From the NCBI GenBank assembly GCA_012295275.1, contig CM022668.1, positions 8,804,001 to 8,868,000 on the forward strand: a stretch of DNA of 64,000 nucleotides. Reading direction: 5' to 3'. The notes beneath the pieces were generated by a model. The model searched no databases. It was not told the origin of the DNA and worked only from the letters and a program-made list of their open reading frames with translations. Source of the DNA: Chrysomallon squamiferum. Taxonomy: Eukaryota; Animalia; Mollusca. Within the stretch, counting starts at the first letter, position 1. Every line of letters begins with the position of its first letter. Positions 12,251 through 25,574 of the stretch are shown here, piece by piece. Both the position numbers and the translations under genes were made by a program.

Positions 12251-13915
12251 CTGTCACTGTCAGCATATCTGTAGTAACCACTGTTCAGTGAGCAAACTCA
12301 AAGTTACAAATTTTCTGGACTTTGCTGTTTAGTGTCTCAATTTTATTTATTTCATATTTGGTTATTTCCCATCTGATACTTGTATGTCATATACATGACA
12401 AGCAGATGATATATATATATATATATATATATACATATGACACCTCTGACACTTTGTTTCACACATTTGGCATTAGTATGTCATATACATGACAATGCCA
12501 CCATATAACTGACACTCAAAATGACAGTCACATTAGTGACAAGCGCTGAAACAGAATAATATTATATTTGAGTATAGGACATGTCACATTTCTGTGTCAC
12601 ATTTGTGATGAATATGTCACTGACCATTACCAACAACATTGATTTCTTTATGATATAACATTGATATGTCACACATATAGTGTTAATAAGTAACAGACAC
12701 TTACATGTCTTATAAATGGTATCCATGTATCATATATCCAACACTATTTTGTATTATATACTTAAAAACTGCTACCATATGTTTTTCATTTTATATATCA
12801 TATTAAAATGAATTTCTGTCCCACACTGTATAATCTCCAATCTCATCTTTGTTACTTATATTTTACTAATCATTGTTGCTTTCTTTTTACTTCAGAAACA
12901 CTGTTGTTATGGTGATGATTCTGGTTGCCATGGTTAGTAATGATCACTATTCATCTACTGCAACAGTAATAAGAGTTTGTGCAAAGAAACTGCATTGGAT
13001 TTTGCAATGAGAAATATTTATGTAGCATATCCACAAATATCTTTCCATTTATTATGTAAATTTCAAAAAAAAAATTATTTTTAATTCTTTGTTTTGATTC
13101 CCATGTTAAGTCAGTTTGTTGTTCATACTTTCAAGCAGCAAAATTAATAAGACATTTATTCATTAATCAAATAAAGATATTTTCTATTTTAATGGTTAAA
13201 AGACCATTAGAATTATCTGTTTAATAATATTATGTTCTGAATAGGAATATTAAAATTTAAACATTTTTTACACCTTTGTGATTGAAAATGTTGGTAAATA
13301 TTTTGTATATATGTGTTCATTCATGTATCTGTATGTGTCTGTGTGTGTGTCTGTCTGTTGTTTGCAAATATGTAAAATATCTAACAGAAATAATAATTAA
13401 AATACTATTTATTTCTGTATTTATTTACAAAACAGTTAATAATTACCACAATAAATGCATTAATACAAATTAATAAATACAAAATTGCAAAAATCTGCCA
13501 ATAGAAAAAAAAAACCCGACAACAACAAAGAATCCAACAATTTAGTATTTTCCACAACACTACACTGAATTACAAAACCTTTTCATATTCGTTACTTTTT
13601 TTTACTTTTTTTTTTTATTCCTTTTCACTGTTGCTATAGCGATTAATTATTAACCTGCATAACAATAATCACACACGCAAAAAAAAAAAAAAAAGAGAGA
13701 GAAAGTTCTACAAAGTGCATTTTTGTTTCACGGAAATCAATGAGTGATGGCGCGATGAACAGCCGATACCCAGCATGATGCAACATGCATGTCGCAGGAA
13801 TTAAAAAAAATCAACATTGTCTAATGAAAAATAACAATAGAAAGGTGAGTGAATTATGCAGAAAGTGTGAGTCAGCTAGACACCTGAGGCTGGTGAATCA
13901 ATGATGAATATTGAA

Positions 13916-13957
<42 letters not shown>

Positions 13958-14242
13958 TTAATTAATTATTAAAGTGGGGCGTATGGTGTTCGGTTTAAAC
14001 GCAGTGAAAATTATGTTTGGTTTAAAAAAAATAAAAAATTATTATATTTTATTAATTTGTTATTTATTTATTTATGTTACTTTATTATGTTATGATATTT
14101 ATTTATTTACATATTTATTTATTTATTTATTTATTTTATAAATTTATTGTTTTTAGAAATATTGTCTTGCCCAAAGTTATGGAATCTGTATTTATTATTA
14201 TTACTGATACATCAATGCTTCTACCAGCACCACCATTAATAT

Positions 14243-14313
<71 letters not shown>

Positions 14314-14354
14314 CTAGTAGCAGTAGTAGTAGTAGTAGTAGTAGTAGCAGTAGC

Positions 14355-14407
<53 letters not shown>

Positions 14408-14408
14408 C

Positions 14409-14469
<61 letters not shown>

Positions 14470-14562
14470 ATAGTAGAACTAGTAGTAGTAGTAGTAGTAG
14501 TAGCAGTAGTAGTAGTAGTAGTAATAGTAGTACTAGTAGTAGTAGTAGTAGTAGTAGTAGTA
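14243..14562. repeat. (TAG)n microsatellite, ~320 bp with few interruptions
   Basis: Direct reading; explains the poly-V, poly-T and poly-L ORFs. Confidence 0.97.
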
Positions 14563-15055
14563 ATAATAGCAAAATAATACAATTATCTGTTGTTTAATGT
14601 TTAGTTAATGAACTGAGTAGTATAAACTAATGCAACAAAATGTAATTACAGGGTCTATATTAAAACTTTAAATCATTTAAACACTTTAAATCTGAGCAAA
14701 CCAATGAACTAACTAAAATATTGTATAATCAGATAAAAATTAAACATTACAGCTAACTATCAAGCACCAAATCAGGTCTCTGGGAAGGTTTATATTGAAT
14801 ATGACTTTTTGCTAATGGAAAAATATAACAAGCTTCATGTAAAGACTACATCTGAAAAATATTCCTAGTCCAAAGAGACTAATTTATCAAATACCCATGT
14901 GATATGCTTCCCTGTCTATGGGAAGGTTTATGTTAAATATGCCTTTTTGCTAATTATAAAAAAGTTAAAAAAAAAATTCTATAAAAATTAAATAGAAAAT
15001 TAATCAGGATGTTATGCTGGGATTGTTAAAATGTCCAACATAAAAAAAAAAAAAA

Positions 15056-15110
<55 letters not shown>

Positions 15111-18100
15111 AACAAAAGAAAACAAAACTATACAATATTATTCAGTATGTCACAGATACATCTTTAAACAAATATTTCACATGCAATGCTGGATGACAGA
15201 AAATTAAGCAATACATTCTAGATGTGTAATTTAATTTTTGATGTTCACAATTAAACTAAGTGTTCTTATCATATACTAATATCCATCAGTTAATACCAGA
15301 TAATCAGTCAGCATGTTCTACTTGTGTTCTTTATACATTCCATAACGAACAAGATGAAAGATAATTAATGTTCCAAGTTGTGTTCTTAAAATGTCTTGTA
15401 TCCAAATTCCAGTGATAGAATATTAATCCATAATAAATGATATAATATTAATCAATAATCAGTAATACAAAATTAATCAATAATCTTAAAAAAATGTCTG
15501 ACATCCAATAGCTGGAGAGAGAAAATTAAACAATATATTCCATAGGTGATGTTAAAATGTTTAATATCAAAAAATCGAAGATAAATTTTTTTATATGTAT
15601 AGTCATTTTTGGAAGTTTTTTTTTTTTATAAAAAAAAATTCTGCCATTCAGGGACAGATTATATAAAAAAAAAAAAATCAACCAATATGTCTTTTGATGT
15701 GTTAAAACAAAACGTTTTCCAATATCTGTTGACAGAAAATTAATCAATATTTGTAATAGTTGTGCTTAAAATGCAGTGACATCCAGTGATAGATAACAAA
15801 TCGATATGTGTAGTTGTACTGTTTAAATGTTTGTTACCCAATAGCCAATGAGAGGAAAATCAATGTGTTCTGTTTAAAACTGTTTGACACTGAATGATTG
15901 GTGTTAAAAAAGTAATTACTGTGCTTTACGTGTGTTGTTTAACAAGAATCTGACACTTTGTAGACATACTCATGTATTGACACTACTGCTGTTTTCTTTT
16001 CTTTTTAATTTTTTTTTTCTTATTTATTTTTATCCTTCGTTTGTCCATTTTTCTATTTTTTCAAAAATTTAAAAATAAAAATTTAATTTAGTATTTATAA
16101 CTGACACACATAAAAACAACACACAATGAACACACACACATATGCACACATGCACACACACACACAAACACACAAACACATACACACACACAAACTCACA
16201 CACAAAAACTGACACACATTTAATGAACAGCAACAAAACAATTTAAATACTGATAACACTTTAGGAAAATGAAATTCTGTTTTAGAATATCAACAACAAA
16301 AAAAAGTTATTAAATTTCAACATTAAAACAGTAGATACAAATAAGTTGAAAATAAACTATTATTTATTTTGGTAATGCATAAACCTCAAATTACATCAAA
16401 AAATAAATAAATAAATAAAATAAAAGACTTTTGTCAGCTTTTTGAACATGTGTTTGATAAGCCAAGGTCTGTTTATAATCTAAATCTGGATTAACTAAAC
16501 TACCAAGCTAAGGTGTATTCAGTGCAGTGTGTTAATCTATGTTTATTTGGTTCTTATATAATTTTATGAACAGAATGTTAATCTATCTATTTTTATATAA
16601 TTTTATGTATGGCTCTGCTTATGTAATTATCAGTGCATGTATGAATCTACTGCATTGTATTTTTGCACATCTGTATCTATGTATGTATGTATGTGAATGA
16701 ATGCATGCATGTGAAGAATGTGTATATGTAAGCAACTACATATGGATGTACATGCATGTCTATAATGTAGGTTTCTAGATATGCACATGTGTATATGTGT
16801 AATATGTATAATGTAAAAAATACATTTTGTTTCAGCAATATTGTGGTATACTGTAGATTATATAGTGATGCCTGAACCTTATACTGTGAGCTTGAACTAA
16901 ATATTTGACAATGCATATGTAAGTATATATATATGTGTGTATTGCACATTTACATACATACAAATCCCTGTATTGTACTTTTGTCTTTGTGTGTATAGTG
17001 ATCATTACCGCAATTAATCATATTTCTGTTATGTTTTGGATTAGCTACAAGTAATGAAAATTAACTGAAGTGACTGAGTATGACACTTTTGTAAATTGTA
17101 AAATAATAATAACCTTTCACACAACACAACTCTTAAAATTTAGTAATCATCCAAACATTAACATTTAATTTTAATTTGTCACAATTTCCCAACAGGCTTC
17201 CATTATCATTCTTTTTTCCACTACATATTAAATGTTCTTTTTTATTTCCATTTTCTACACCAAATAATGAAATCAAGGGGCATAACTCTGCTAAGAATAC
17301 TAACTTGAAAATATTGTCACTCAATTTCTTTAAAAGAACACATGTACCTCTACCACTATTATCTCATATAAACATGCAGTGCTAACAAAGCGTATACATA
17401 TTTCCCATTCCAACTGATGCTCATTTATTAAAAGCTACTGTTTTCATTTGTCTCTTGGAAAATACAAAACACTGTTGCCACTTAAAGAAGTTTTGTATCT
17501 TAAACTAGCAATTTATAAACAAATTAAAAAAACAGTTAAACAAAGAGAAAAAACATACCGATCATTTGTAAGTGAAATGATTGGCAAAAAATACAAGCAA
17601 ATAAATAAATATGGCTTTGTTTTGCTTAAATGTACAATTTATATCAATTTTTTCATTTTATTCTGTTGAAGGGTAGAACAGAAATCTACTATACTTCGGT
17701 AGCATTGGTTATCAGCAATATATATCATTACAAAAGAGTTTTAATAACAACAACAACAATAATAATAATAAAGAGCCCAACAGACACACAAACATTTACA
17801 CAAACACACATAAATATATATATATGTATATGTATTCATGTGAAAGATATATACTAAATGCACACATTTATACAACACACAGATATATATACACAGATAC
17901 AAACAAATGTACATTACAAACATCTACCACTTATATAGAAATGTGTCTGTATGTGTGTTGAGTTGTGTATGAATAAACATACATATACATATATTTAACA
18001 AAAAACACACACATGCATGCACGCATGCACACACACAACACACACACACACTTATGCAGAAATACAACTGCTTACACACTGACAAACTGAAACAAATATA

Positions 18101-20009
18101 AAGCAAATCTCTGGTAACAATACCTGGATTGTGACACAACCATTTCTCTGTATCACTATTCTCTTCTGTTTGCTGGCAATGGGAACTGGCAGCCTGCTTG
18201 TCACTGACATTGTTAACAGTTTTCAAACACTACACAGCAGTAATTCCTTCCAGAAACAGAAAACACATTGCATGCAAAAAAAAATGAAGAGGTTTACAGC
18301 ATGCAGGAAACCATCTTTAAAAAGTTACTATAGTAATCCTTCTCACAGGTGACACAGGAAATGAACTGATTTTTCATTCCACCAGCTTTTGTACTGTGAG
18401 GTAATCCTTCTGATTTTTGACACAGATAACAAATTTTTTAAAATACTGATAAGAAAACAGAAATTTGAAGCTTTTTGTGAATATTTCTCTCAGTTGTTCT
18501 GTTTTGATGTTTTCGTAGTTGTAAATACTGAAGAAATCCTTTGCAAAACTTAACACAGTAAAATATAAAACTGTCTAGCACAGCTCATGGTTTAGACAAA
18601 ACTCATCCTTTTAGAAGTGCCACATATAGAAAATTAAAATGTTTTAAACAATGAAAATTTAAAATTAATGATGTATTGATCAAGTATATTCATCAGATGT
18701 CACTGAGGATAAAATTAAAACACGAATGGCTGTTTTTGCAATAGTGATGTCAACTTTCTGATAAAAACAAAACTACTGAAATAAATGAATGTTGTAGGAT
18801 GTAAAAATACTGACATACGTCTTCTGATGTTTAGTACACATTCAAAGACTGACAAATGAGCAATATGTGTCTTAATAATACAAATGTAAACTTTCTGATC
18901 AAATTAAAATCAGCTGAAACTTAAAGATGTTTGATCTCCTGAAAGTGAATTAGTCTTTCTGATGTGTCACTGAAACTGCAAATGGCTGTCATTAAAAGTG
19001 AATGTAAAACACGAGATTCTTGATGAAGGAAATAAAATAAATATCAGGATGAAGACATCCATCCATGTGGTATAAAAATTAAGAATTGAGCTTTTTTCTT
19101 CTTTTCTTTTTAAGCATTACTGCATTACTTTTAACAAAGTATCAGATCACAAAGCAAAGTAATCTATCCAGAATATAGAAGTAAAAAAACTGTTAACTTT
19201 CTAACTGTCAGTGTTACTTTTACATATAATGTCTTGGATTAGCAATACTTGTATATATGTCCAACAAGGAAAAATTTGAAAAACTGAAATGGTATCTTTA
19301 AACAATACTGTAATCCTTCTAACTTATACTTGTAATTCTTCAAAATCTATTCAAAAGCACAGAAAGACATAATTTGTTGAAATTCTGGCTTCAAATGTTA
19401 CTGTAAATCCTTTTCATCAATCACATCTATCCAACATGTAGGAAAAACCGGGAAAAGTTTAAATCTGTGGATTTTTAACATCGTTAAATCCTAAAGTAAT
19501 CCTTCTCATTTTCCACAAAGTTTCAATGAAACAAGTAATGCTGAAATTCTGTAACAGTGACTTTAAATATTGCATTAATCCTTCTGATTTCCCACACTTT
19601 TAAAAAGCACAGATAAGGCTGAAACTCAGTTCGGTTAGTTTAACTTTTACTGTAATCCTTTCAATGTGAATTTCAAAGTTTAAACTGCAAGTGTTGTATC
19701 TTTAAACACTACTGCAATCCTTCTGATATGTCACCTATCAAACAAAATAACTCAATCCTCATGAAGAAAAGAGACTAAAAGTAAATATTTTCCATCAAAT
19801 AACACTGTAGACACCAAAATGTAGATCTGCACAATAATCAAAGATGACTTCTCAGAAATAGATGTAGTGGTAGCTGCTGTTGTATCCTTTTTTTCTGCAA
19901 GGAAATGCAATGATGTTGTTTTTAATAAACTCAGTATCCTGGTAAATTATTTTTTCAATTTGCTTTGAATAACTTATATAATCCAACCAACCAAACAAGA
20001 ATAGTTAGA

Positions 20010-20285
20010 ATAGTTATGATCTAATGAATAATGTTATCAGCACAACCAATGAAATAAGTAAACTGTAATACTATAAATAACCTTCTTAACCCAGCCAATC
20101 AAAAACAAGACCAATTATGATCTCGTGAATAACGTTATCAGCACAGCCAATGAAATAAGTAAACTGTGATGCTATAAATAAACTGCTTAACCCAGCCAAT
20201 CAAACAAACAGATCATGAATCTATTAATTATCTGCTTAGCCAGCCAATGAAATAAACTCAACGATGATGCTATAAATAGCATTTA
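20010..20285. repeat. ~100-bp tandem repeat (~2.7 copies) carrying CCAAT boxes and CTATAAATAR
   Basis: ccaatgaaataa at 20046, 20147 and 20244; tataaata at 20072, 20173 and 20271. Confidence 0.85.
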
Positions 20286-22526
20286 ATTCCAAAATCAATA
20301 AAGAGCCAGCAGAGGAAAAAAAAAAGAAAAAAAAAATTGTTTTCGATAAAATCTTTAAAATAAAATAGAAAATGTTGACAACACAAATAAAATTATAAAA
20401 AAATCAAAATCAGGCAATAAAAAAGCCTAATAACAAAAGGATATAAAATGTAAAGACATAAAAACTAAATCAAAATGCAGAGACATCAAAATGAACAAAG
20501 GAAATATAACCAAGATAATCCGTAAACCATTCCAAAATGATGCGACACTGAACGAAGAATTAAATAACAAAGAAAACTCAATTTAAATAACTCAAAATCA
20601 CAATCAAAATGAAGACATAAGTAACCATAAAAACAAAATTAAGACCACTGACAAACCTAAGACCAAAGGGAGAAAAGTGTTAGGCAAACAGTTTTCGAAC
20701 CAAACCAATTACAAGATCTTGTCTAAATATTTCTTCAACTTCTCTTTAAAGTAGACGATAATCTGTAAGACAAATACCAGTTTTGACCACAAAGATCATA
20801 ATCCCTTGTCCAGTTACCTGGTTGCCTATGGGAACAAACTGTTTAGAGATAATCCTTTCCTGCAGTAATCCCCATCGAAAAGTCCTAAGTCAATTTCTGT
20901 TTTGAAAACCTTTTGTAATAATTCCTGAGGCTTTTGGTAACAAATTGGGGTATTTAATTGTGTAATAACATAATTATGAAAGAAATTGAAAAAAAAAGAG
21001 GGAAATTAAAAAGACCAATGTTAAGGGATCAAATTAACATTCATACATAAAGTTTAACTGAATAAAAATATCTTTAGATTTTGCATAAATTAATAGATTA
21101 ACCTATTGATTTATTTATGTACATTTTTTTTTTTTACTTTGTGTCATTTTTACATTTATTATTATTATTAGTAGTAGTAGTAGTAGTAGTAATAGTAGTA
21201 GTACTAGTATTATTAATTGAAAAAGATGTAAATGTAGACCAAAAGAACAGTTATAATCATTTGTCTTTTTTTTATAAATACACAAACCTTTTTCATTTTA
21301 GGACCAAACAACCATAAAATAAACTGGTCCACAAATATTTGTTTTCTTCTGCCTCTACCCCAATTTATAAAAAATGCTAAGGTTCAAAATAAGTTTCAAA
21401 TTCAGTTTAATTCATAACTTCATTTATCATCACCATCTTGACAAAACTATAATAGGGTAATTTTTTTTTTTTTTACTAAGCTTCAGATTTCACAACCTTT
21501 TGAGTCTCTGGATGTCTTTTTCTTCGTTATTATTATTATTTTTATATCTTTCTAACCCTGTACCACATACACAGCAAACACATCCATTATCTGAAGCAAT
21601 TGTTATACCAAATTTACCACAGCATGGACAAAAGTACCTCTCCATTGTTACTGCACAAAATCCTAGGGTGACATTTTTTTTTTTTTTTTTTTTTGGAAAA
21701 TGAAGAGAGGATAAATTATTCTGCTAATTTTGGACAACAGAAAGAAAAAAGGAATAAAAACATTATCCCCTAAATCTTTTATTTTCCATTCAAAACATAC
21801 TGCTCTTTTTTCTTCTTTTTTTTGAAATATAAGTTTATATTGGGGTTTTTTATTTGTTAAAAAAAAAAGTTGAACTTTTTATCTTTTTTTTAATATCCAC
21901 AATTTTAAATTATTCTCAAAACTGTATTTTTTGCTCGCACTGAAACATTCAAACAAATATAACCTTTCACCAGATGAAATTCTAGACTTGTTCTGCAGCA
22001 AAACCTCTAAATATTTTTCAAAACAAAACCTCTGTTCAAACTTTCTATCACTGTCAAAACAAAATCGTACATTATTATCAAAAGAAATGTTTATCCTATT
22101 GTCAAACCCCCACCAGATAACCAACAACCCAAAAAACAACAATAAAAAAACAACAAAACATTGATACTGTAAGCAAAAACGTCATCTTCTTGACTGTAAC
22201 AAAATTTGATCTGAAAGGTATACAGAACTTGTTGTGCAAGAAGAGAATGCCTCCTGTCATTCTGTTGATTAGTCTGTCTTTTATCAAGCAAACAGATACC
22301 TCACAAAAAGCAAATAAATAACAAGAAAAACTATCCTAACAATCTGTAATGAATAATAATAAATAAATAAATAAAATTAGACATTTCCAATAAATAAATA
22401 TCTTTCAAACCCCTGTAACTCTGACAAAATACCTACTCCAACAAAACAACCTAAAAATTCTGATTACTTCATACGTTACACTAAAAAATCTCAAAACACA
22501 ACAAAATACGGACAAACAAAAACACT

Positions 22527-22568
<42 letters not shown>

Positions 22569-22621
22569 CTGATAAATGTCCTCAAAATATATTGTGATCG
22601 TCTGCAAAAAGAAACCGTTAC

Positions 22622-22663
22622 CTGTTTTAATCTATCCACCTGGCAGAATTTCGTTTCATTCAT
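22622..22663 (-). CDS. Possible alternative first coding exon MNETKFCQVDRLKQ
   Basis: ATG at 22663, 14 codons, then CAG|GTAACG in phase 0, which is compatible with the 7837 exon. The donor is only moderate and this could be chance. Confidence 0.25.
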
Positions 22664-23730
22664 CTATGTTTGATTTGAATAGTCTGTATTTCGTATGAAT
22701 CGACTGTGTATTTTTTATTTTTTTCTGGCATTATGCTGAAACTGTTATGAAAAGACGTGTGTGTGTGTCACCTATGTGTGTATATCTATACAAGATCAGT
22801 GTCAGTGCAGTGTTGGGTTACCTATCTGTTACCTGTTACCTGTGACCAAAACGCATTTAACTAAGTCAACTCGTTACAGGTACATTTTGTTCTATAATGT
22901 ACCTATAAATAAATAACATCAGTTATGATTTTAAAATGAATTATGATTATCCATATCAAAATGAATTTTCTTTATTTTAAAAAATAAAAAATAAAAAATA
23001 AAAATAAAAAAGGTAGAAATAATAATAATAATAATAAAAATGCCTTGGTAGAGAGATAGACAAAAATAACTTAAAATTATAATCAAAACATTTTTATTGT
23101 TTCCTGTTTCTGATCTAATGCAAACTGAACAGTTAATCCAAATTTTTCTTTTAGGCAGAGAGAGAGGTAGTTTGCAGAGGTAATTAAAACATTTGTAGAT
23201 TTTACCTGGTTTGTATTACCTGGCTCAGGTAGACAGTCTGTGCAGACAGAGACAGAAGTAATTTGTACAGGTAATCAAGCAAACAAGAAAGGTAATTTTA
23301 TCACCTGAGGAGGCTGGTAAACCATTTTACCCATACCTAGACATCGCAATATAACTTCTCAATCTATTTACAAAGATAACAACAGTTCCCAAACAAAATA
23401 AACATCACTGTTGCTATTTCTATGCATTTCTTACATCTGAAGAACAAATAAACAACTTTTTTTTCATTCAACTTTCGACTGTTCATGGTTGCAAGCACAA
23501 GTTTCTTTCTTTTCCTCCTTTCTTGTTTTTTTTCTTCTTTTTTTCTCTTTTTGTACTGCTTCACCTTGCGAAGAAAACAATACAACATTTGCTTAGTCAC
23601 TGACGTAGTTTTTGTTGGTTTTTCGCGTATTTTATATAAACAAAACAGTTTTTTTCTTTTATCGTGGTTTGAAGCTGACTTCAAACGTCACTTCATCAAT
23701 AAAAATGCCAGACTCCACACAGCAGCTGAG

Positions 23731-23958
23731 TTTATAAAAAAAACAGTGGTATGTATTTTCCTGCTTATAAAAAACAGTGGTATGTATTTTCCTGCTTATA
23801 AAAAAACCTGAGGTATGTATTTTCTTGCTTATAAAAAAACCTGAGGTATGTATTTTCCTGCTTATAAAAAACAGTGGTATGTATTTTCCTGCTTATAAAA
23901 AAACCTGAGGTATGTATTTTCCTGTTTATAAAAAAACCTGAGGTATGTATTTTCCTGT
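23731..23958. repeat. 31/33-bp minisatellite, 7 copies (ggtatgtattttcctgcttataaaaaa[acagt|acctga])
   Basis: ggtatgtattttc at 23748, 23779, 23812, 23845, 23876, 23909 and 23942. Confidence 0.95.
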
Positions 23959-24115
23959 CTACGTTACGGTGCACAAAAAAAAAAAAATACAATCAGAACA
24001 AGAATTTCTTCTCAGGCAACAAACTTTAAAACCAGTTATAAAAAATAACTAAATAAAAAATAACCAAGTAACTAAATAACTAAAAAAATAAATAAATAAA
24101 TAGATAACTAACTAA

Positions 24116-24151
<36 letters not shown>

Positions 24152-24615
24152 AATTTAAAAAAAAAAAAAACATTTTTCAAAAGATTAAACTGGCTGTCAA
24201 CCAAATATAAAATTATTCTAAGTATTTTATACATCTCTGAAAACAACATTCTCCCCATGTTTAGACGTCACATGAAATATTCAAAATTATCATCACAAGA
24301 CGTATCCTATATCTGTTATCACAGCAAGAAGATTAAATTAAATATGTTATCAACTTAGAATCCAAAAGAATATCCATGTTACATATTTTATCGACTTAAA
24401 TGTTATCACTTGAAATGCTGAGCTGTCTAAACTTATATATTTTATACATGTATTATACCAATCCTTTAAAGAGAAAATGCTAGATTTTTTAATCAGTGTA
24501 TACTTTTAAACAGAGAACTAGATGCAGTATGTAAAAGATCAGCTTTAAATTACTCACTCAGAATACAGTAAAAACTATTATGGATATTATAACACCTAAA
24601 CATTTTGCCAAAACA

Positions 24616-24617
<2 letters not shown>

Positions 24618-24702
<85 letters not shown>
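24618..24702. repeat. (CT)n microsatellite
   Basis: Direct reading. Confidence 0.97.
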
Positions 24703-24712
<10 letters not shown>

Positions 24713-25574
24713 ATCGTACGTCATTATGTTAACTTATGTTAATATTTGTAAGAAAAGAATTTTAAAAATTAAATAATTATTTCATTAAAACAAAAAAGAC
24801 ATTAATCTGTCAAAAAAACCACCCCAAAAAACAACAACAAAACAATAATAAAAATAATCAATTTTCCACATTACAGTAAATCCACAAAAACGTTTGTCTA
24901 CTGAAACACATTTAAAAATACACTGATCCTCAAATTATTAACAGAAGAAAACTACAGAAGCCTGAAAAGTACAGAAAAAACAAATATCCTAAACACGATC
25001 CACCTTGTACAAGCAACAAGACCATACAAAAATCATACCTACAAACTTCTTGTGTGTGAAATCCGAGACGACCAAAACCAAATCCATGTAGAAAATAAAT
25101 AAAACGACGTCCACGTCATTTAGAAGCCAAAACACAACAAAAATAAAAAAGAGATTCTTAAACTCAGTACTCCAGTGTACATTCTTTGGAATAGATCCAT
25201 TTTTATGAGCTGCAAGAAAACACACAATTAACAAACCTCTTCTCGGAAATATCCATAAGGTGTAACATGTCCAGGAAAATACCCATACAAGAACAAATAA
25301 TCCTCTATGAAACATCCACACAAACGTCTTACCTTCTTATATATATATATATATATATATACATATGTATAATATATATACATTTAAAACAACGTAACTC
25401 CTTTTATTACCTTTTTTCAAACACTTCTAATAAAACAACAACACAGACTCCAAGAAAACTATGAAAAAATCTGTCATATCAGGAAAGAAATAATAAAAAA
25501 AAAATTTTTTTTTTTTTTTTTTTTTTTCTATTCACCTCCTCCACTTCATGTTTGTCCAAGCAGATCCAACATTT

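Noticed and set aside
14074-14582. Poly-V, poly-T and poly-L ORFs (and all CVCV, THTH, ERER, LSLS, MYVC ORFs elsewhere)
   Set aside because: Microsatellite translations.
16938-16960. TATTGCAC, miR-92-family-like 5' end
   Set aside because: Embedded in CA/TA low-complexity sequence with no convincing precursor hairpin.
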